Assembly: GCA_037190965.1 (NCBI GenBank)
Contig: JBBCKI010000014.1
Span: 1 to 26,418 of the forward strand
Source of the DNA: Chthoniobacteraceae bacterium
Lineage (GTDB): Bacteria > Verrucomicrobiota > Verrucomicrobiia > Chthoniobacterales > Chthoniobacteraceae
Direction: 5' to 3'
DNA length: 26,418 nt
Position numbers and translations under genes: made by a program. Position 1 is the first letter of the stretch, and each line of letters starts with the position of its first letter. The notes under the pieces were generated by a model. That model did not search any database. It was not told the origin of the DNA and saw only the letters and a list, made by a program, of their open reading frames with translations. This document shows positions 25,242 through 26,418 of this stretch, one piece after another.

Positions 25242-26369
25242 ATGCCAGTTACCGCCAAAGGTCTCGAAGGAATTGTCGCCAATAGCACGAGCTTAAGTGA
25301 TGTGCAGGGCCAGGAAGGTCGCTTAATCTATGAAGGCTACGACATCAGCGAACTCGCTGGAAAAGCCACCTTCGAAGAGGTTGTCCACCTGCTTTGGCAT
25401 GGGCATCTTCCCAACGCAAAGGAGCTCGCGGATCTGACGCACAACCTGCGCAGCCGTCGCGAACTCCCCCAGGGGGTCATCGACTTCCTCCTTCATGCCC
25501 CAAAATCGGCAGGCCCGATGGATGTGATCCGCACTGCGGTTTCCATGCTCGGCCTTTATGACTCGGAGCTCGAGGAAGACATCCACACCGACAAGAACCG
25601 CATCCGCGCCTACCACATCACGGCGAAGGTCGGCGTCATCGCCGCTTACTTCCACCGCGCGCGGCAAGGCAAGTCGCTCCCGCCGATCCGCATGGATCTC
25701 GGCGAGGCCGCGCACTTCCTCTACCTCATCAACGATGAGGAACCGACGGCGGAAGCGGCCCAGACCCTCGACGTCGCCTACGTTCTCCATGCCGACCATG
25801 GCATGAACGCCTCCACCTTCAGCGCGCGCGTCACCATCGCCACGCTGAGCGACATGTACTCCGCCATCACCTCCGCCATCGGCACCCTCAAAGGGCCGCT
25901 GCACGGCGGCGCCAACGAAGGCGTGATCCACATGCTCCAGGAGATCGGCGACGAAGACAAGGTGGACGCCTGGCTGGCCGACCAGCTCGCGCAGAAGAAG
26001 AAGATCATGGGCATCGGACACCGCGTTTACAAGGTGCTCGACCCACGCGCTCCCTTCCTCCGTGAAATGGCCATCAAGCTTTCCAACCAGCTTGGGGAGC
26101 CGAAGTGGATTCGCATGAGCGAGCGGATTGCCGAAACGATGCGCAAGGAGAAGAACCTCAACGCCAACGTCGATTTCTACTCGGCCACGGTGTACTACTC
26201 GCTCGGCATCCCGACCGACCTCTTCACCCCGATCTTCGCAATCTCGCGGACGGCCGGGTGGACAGCCCACGTGCTCGAACAGCTCGCCGATAACCGCCTC
26301 TATCGCCCGCTGACCGAATACGTCGGCCCGGCTCCCGGAAAGAAGTTCGTGCCGATCGAGAAACGGTAA
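25242..26369 (+). CDS. gltA: Citrate synthase (type I; citrate/2-methylcitrate synthase family)
   Basis: KGLEGIVA, HADHGMNASTF, LKGPLHGGANE, MGIGHRVYK..DPRA, NVDFYSA, FTPIFAISRTAGWTAH. Confidence 0.95.
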   Translation: MPVTAKGLEGIVANSTSLSDVQGQEGRLIYEGYDISELAGKATFEEVVHLLWHGHLPNAKELADLTHNLRSRRELPQGVIDFLLHAPKSAGPMDVIRTAVSMLGLYDSELEEDIHTDKNRIRAYHITAKVGVIAAYFHRARQGKSLPPIRMDLGEAAHFLYLINDEEPTAEAAQTLDVAYVLHADHGMNASTFSARVTIATLSDMYSAITSAIGTLKGPLHGGANEGVIHMLQEIGDEDKVDAWLADQLAQKKKIMGIGHRVYKVLDPRAPFLREMAIKLSNQLGEPKWIRMSERIAETMRKEKNLNANVDFYSATVYYSLGIPTDLFTPIFAISRTAGWTAHVLEQLADNRLYRPLTEYVGPAPGKKFVPIEKR

Positions 26370-26418
26370 GCATTCAGAAAACCGGAGACCGGAAAGCTGA
26401 AACCGGAAAGAAGGGGCG

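Noticed and set aside
1..26418. CRISPR array, tRNA/rRNA, integrase or transposase, defence island
   Set aside because: No regularly spaced repeats, cloverleaf or such ORFs were seen. The lone HNH has no methylase or other defence partner nearby.

Overview
GC-rich bacterial chromosomal window, probably Verrucomicrobia (inferred from protein style, not proven). It is mostly housekeeping and envelope genes. From left to right: a divergent secreted cyclophilin, nfeD, a small hypothetical, then a largely translationally coupled run of ruvC, lipB, a TMTC-like GT-C/TPR glycosyltransferase, lepB, a class II aldolase-fold protein, a degenerate LolD-like ATPase and an hpnD/crtB-like synthase. Next come a glycine-zipper lipoprotein, a multi-Ig/FN3 membrane protein, an L,D-transpeptidase, an HNH-bcp pair, an MFS transporter, an RlmI/K-like methyltransferase, a 2-hydroxyacid dehydrogenase, rpmI-rplT-pheS-pheT and sucC-sucD-gltA. 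The most interesting signal is non-coding: (i) a probable 6S RNA gene downstream of pheT that the ORF track cannot show, (ii) two copies of a ~172-bp fully palindromic MITE-like element with compensatory base changes between copies, (iii) two inverted copies of a GTAG-type REP doublet (REPIN), plus a third REP-like family, and (iv) a structured rpmI-rplT spacer. Several proteins carry degenerate catalytic motifs. I found no CRISPR array, transposase, prophage, tRNA or rRNA. All alignments and pairings were done by eye; no database search was run.
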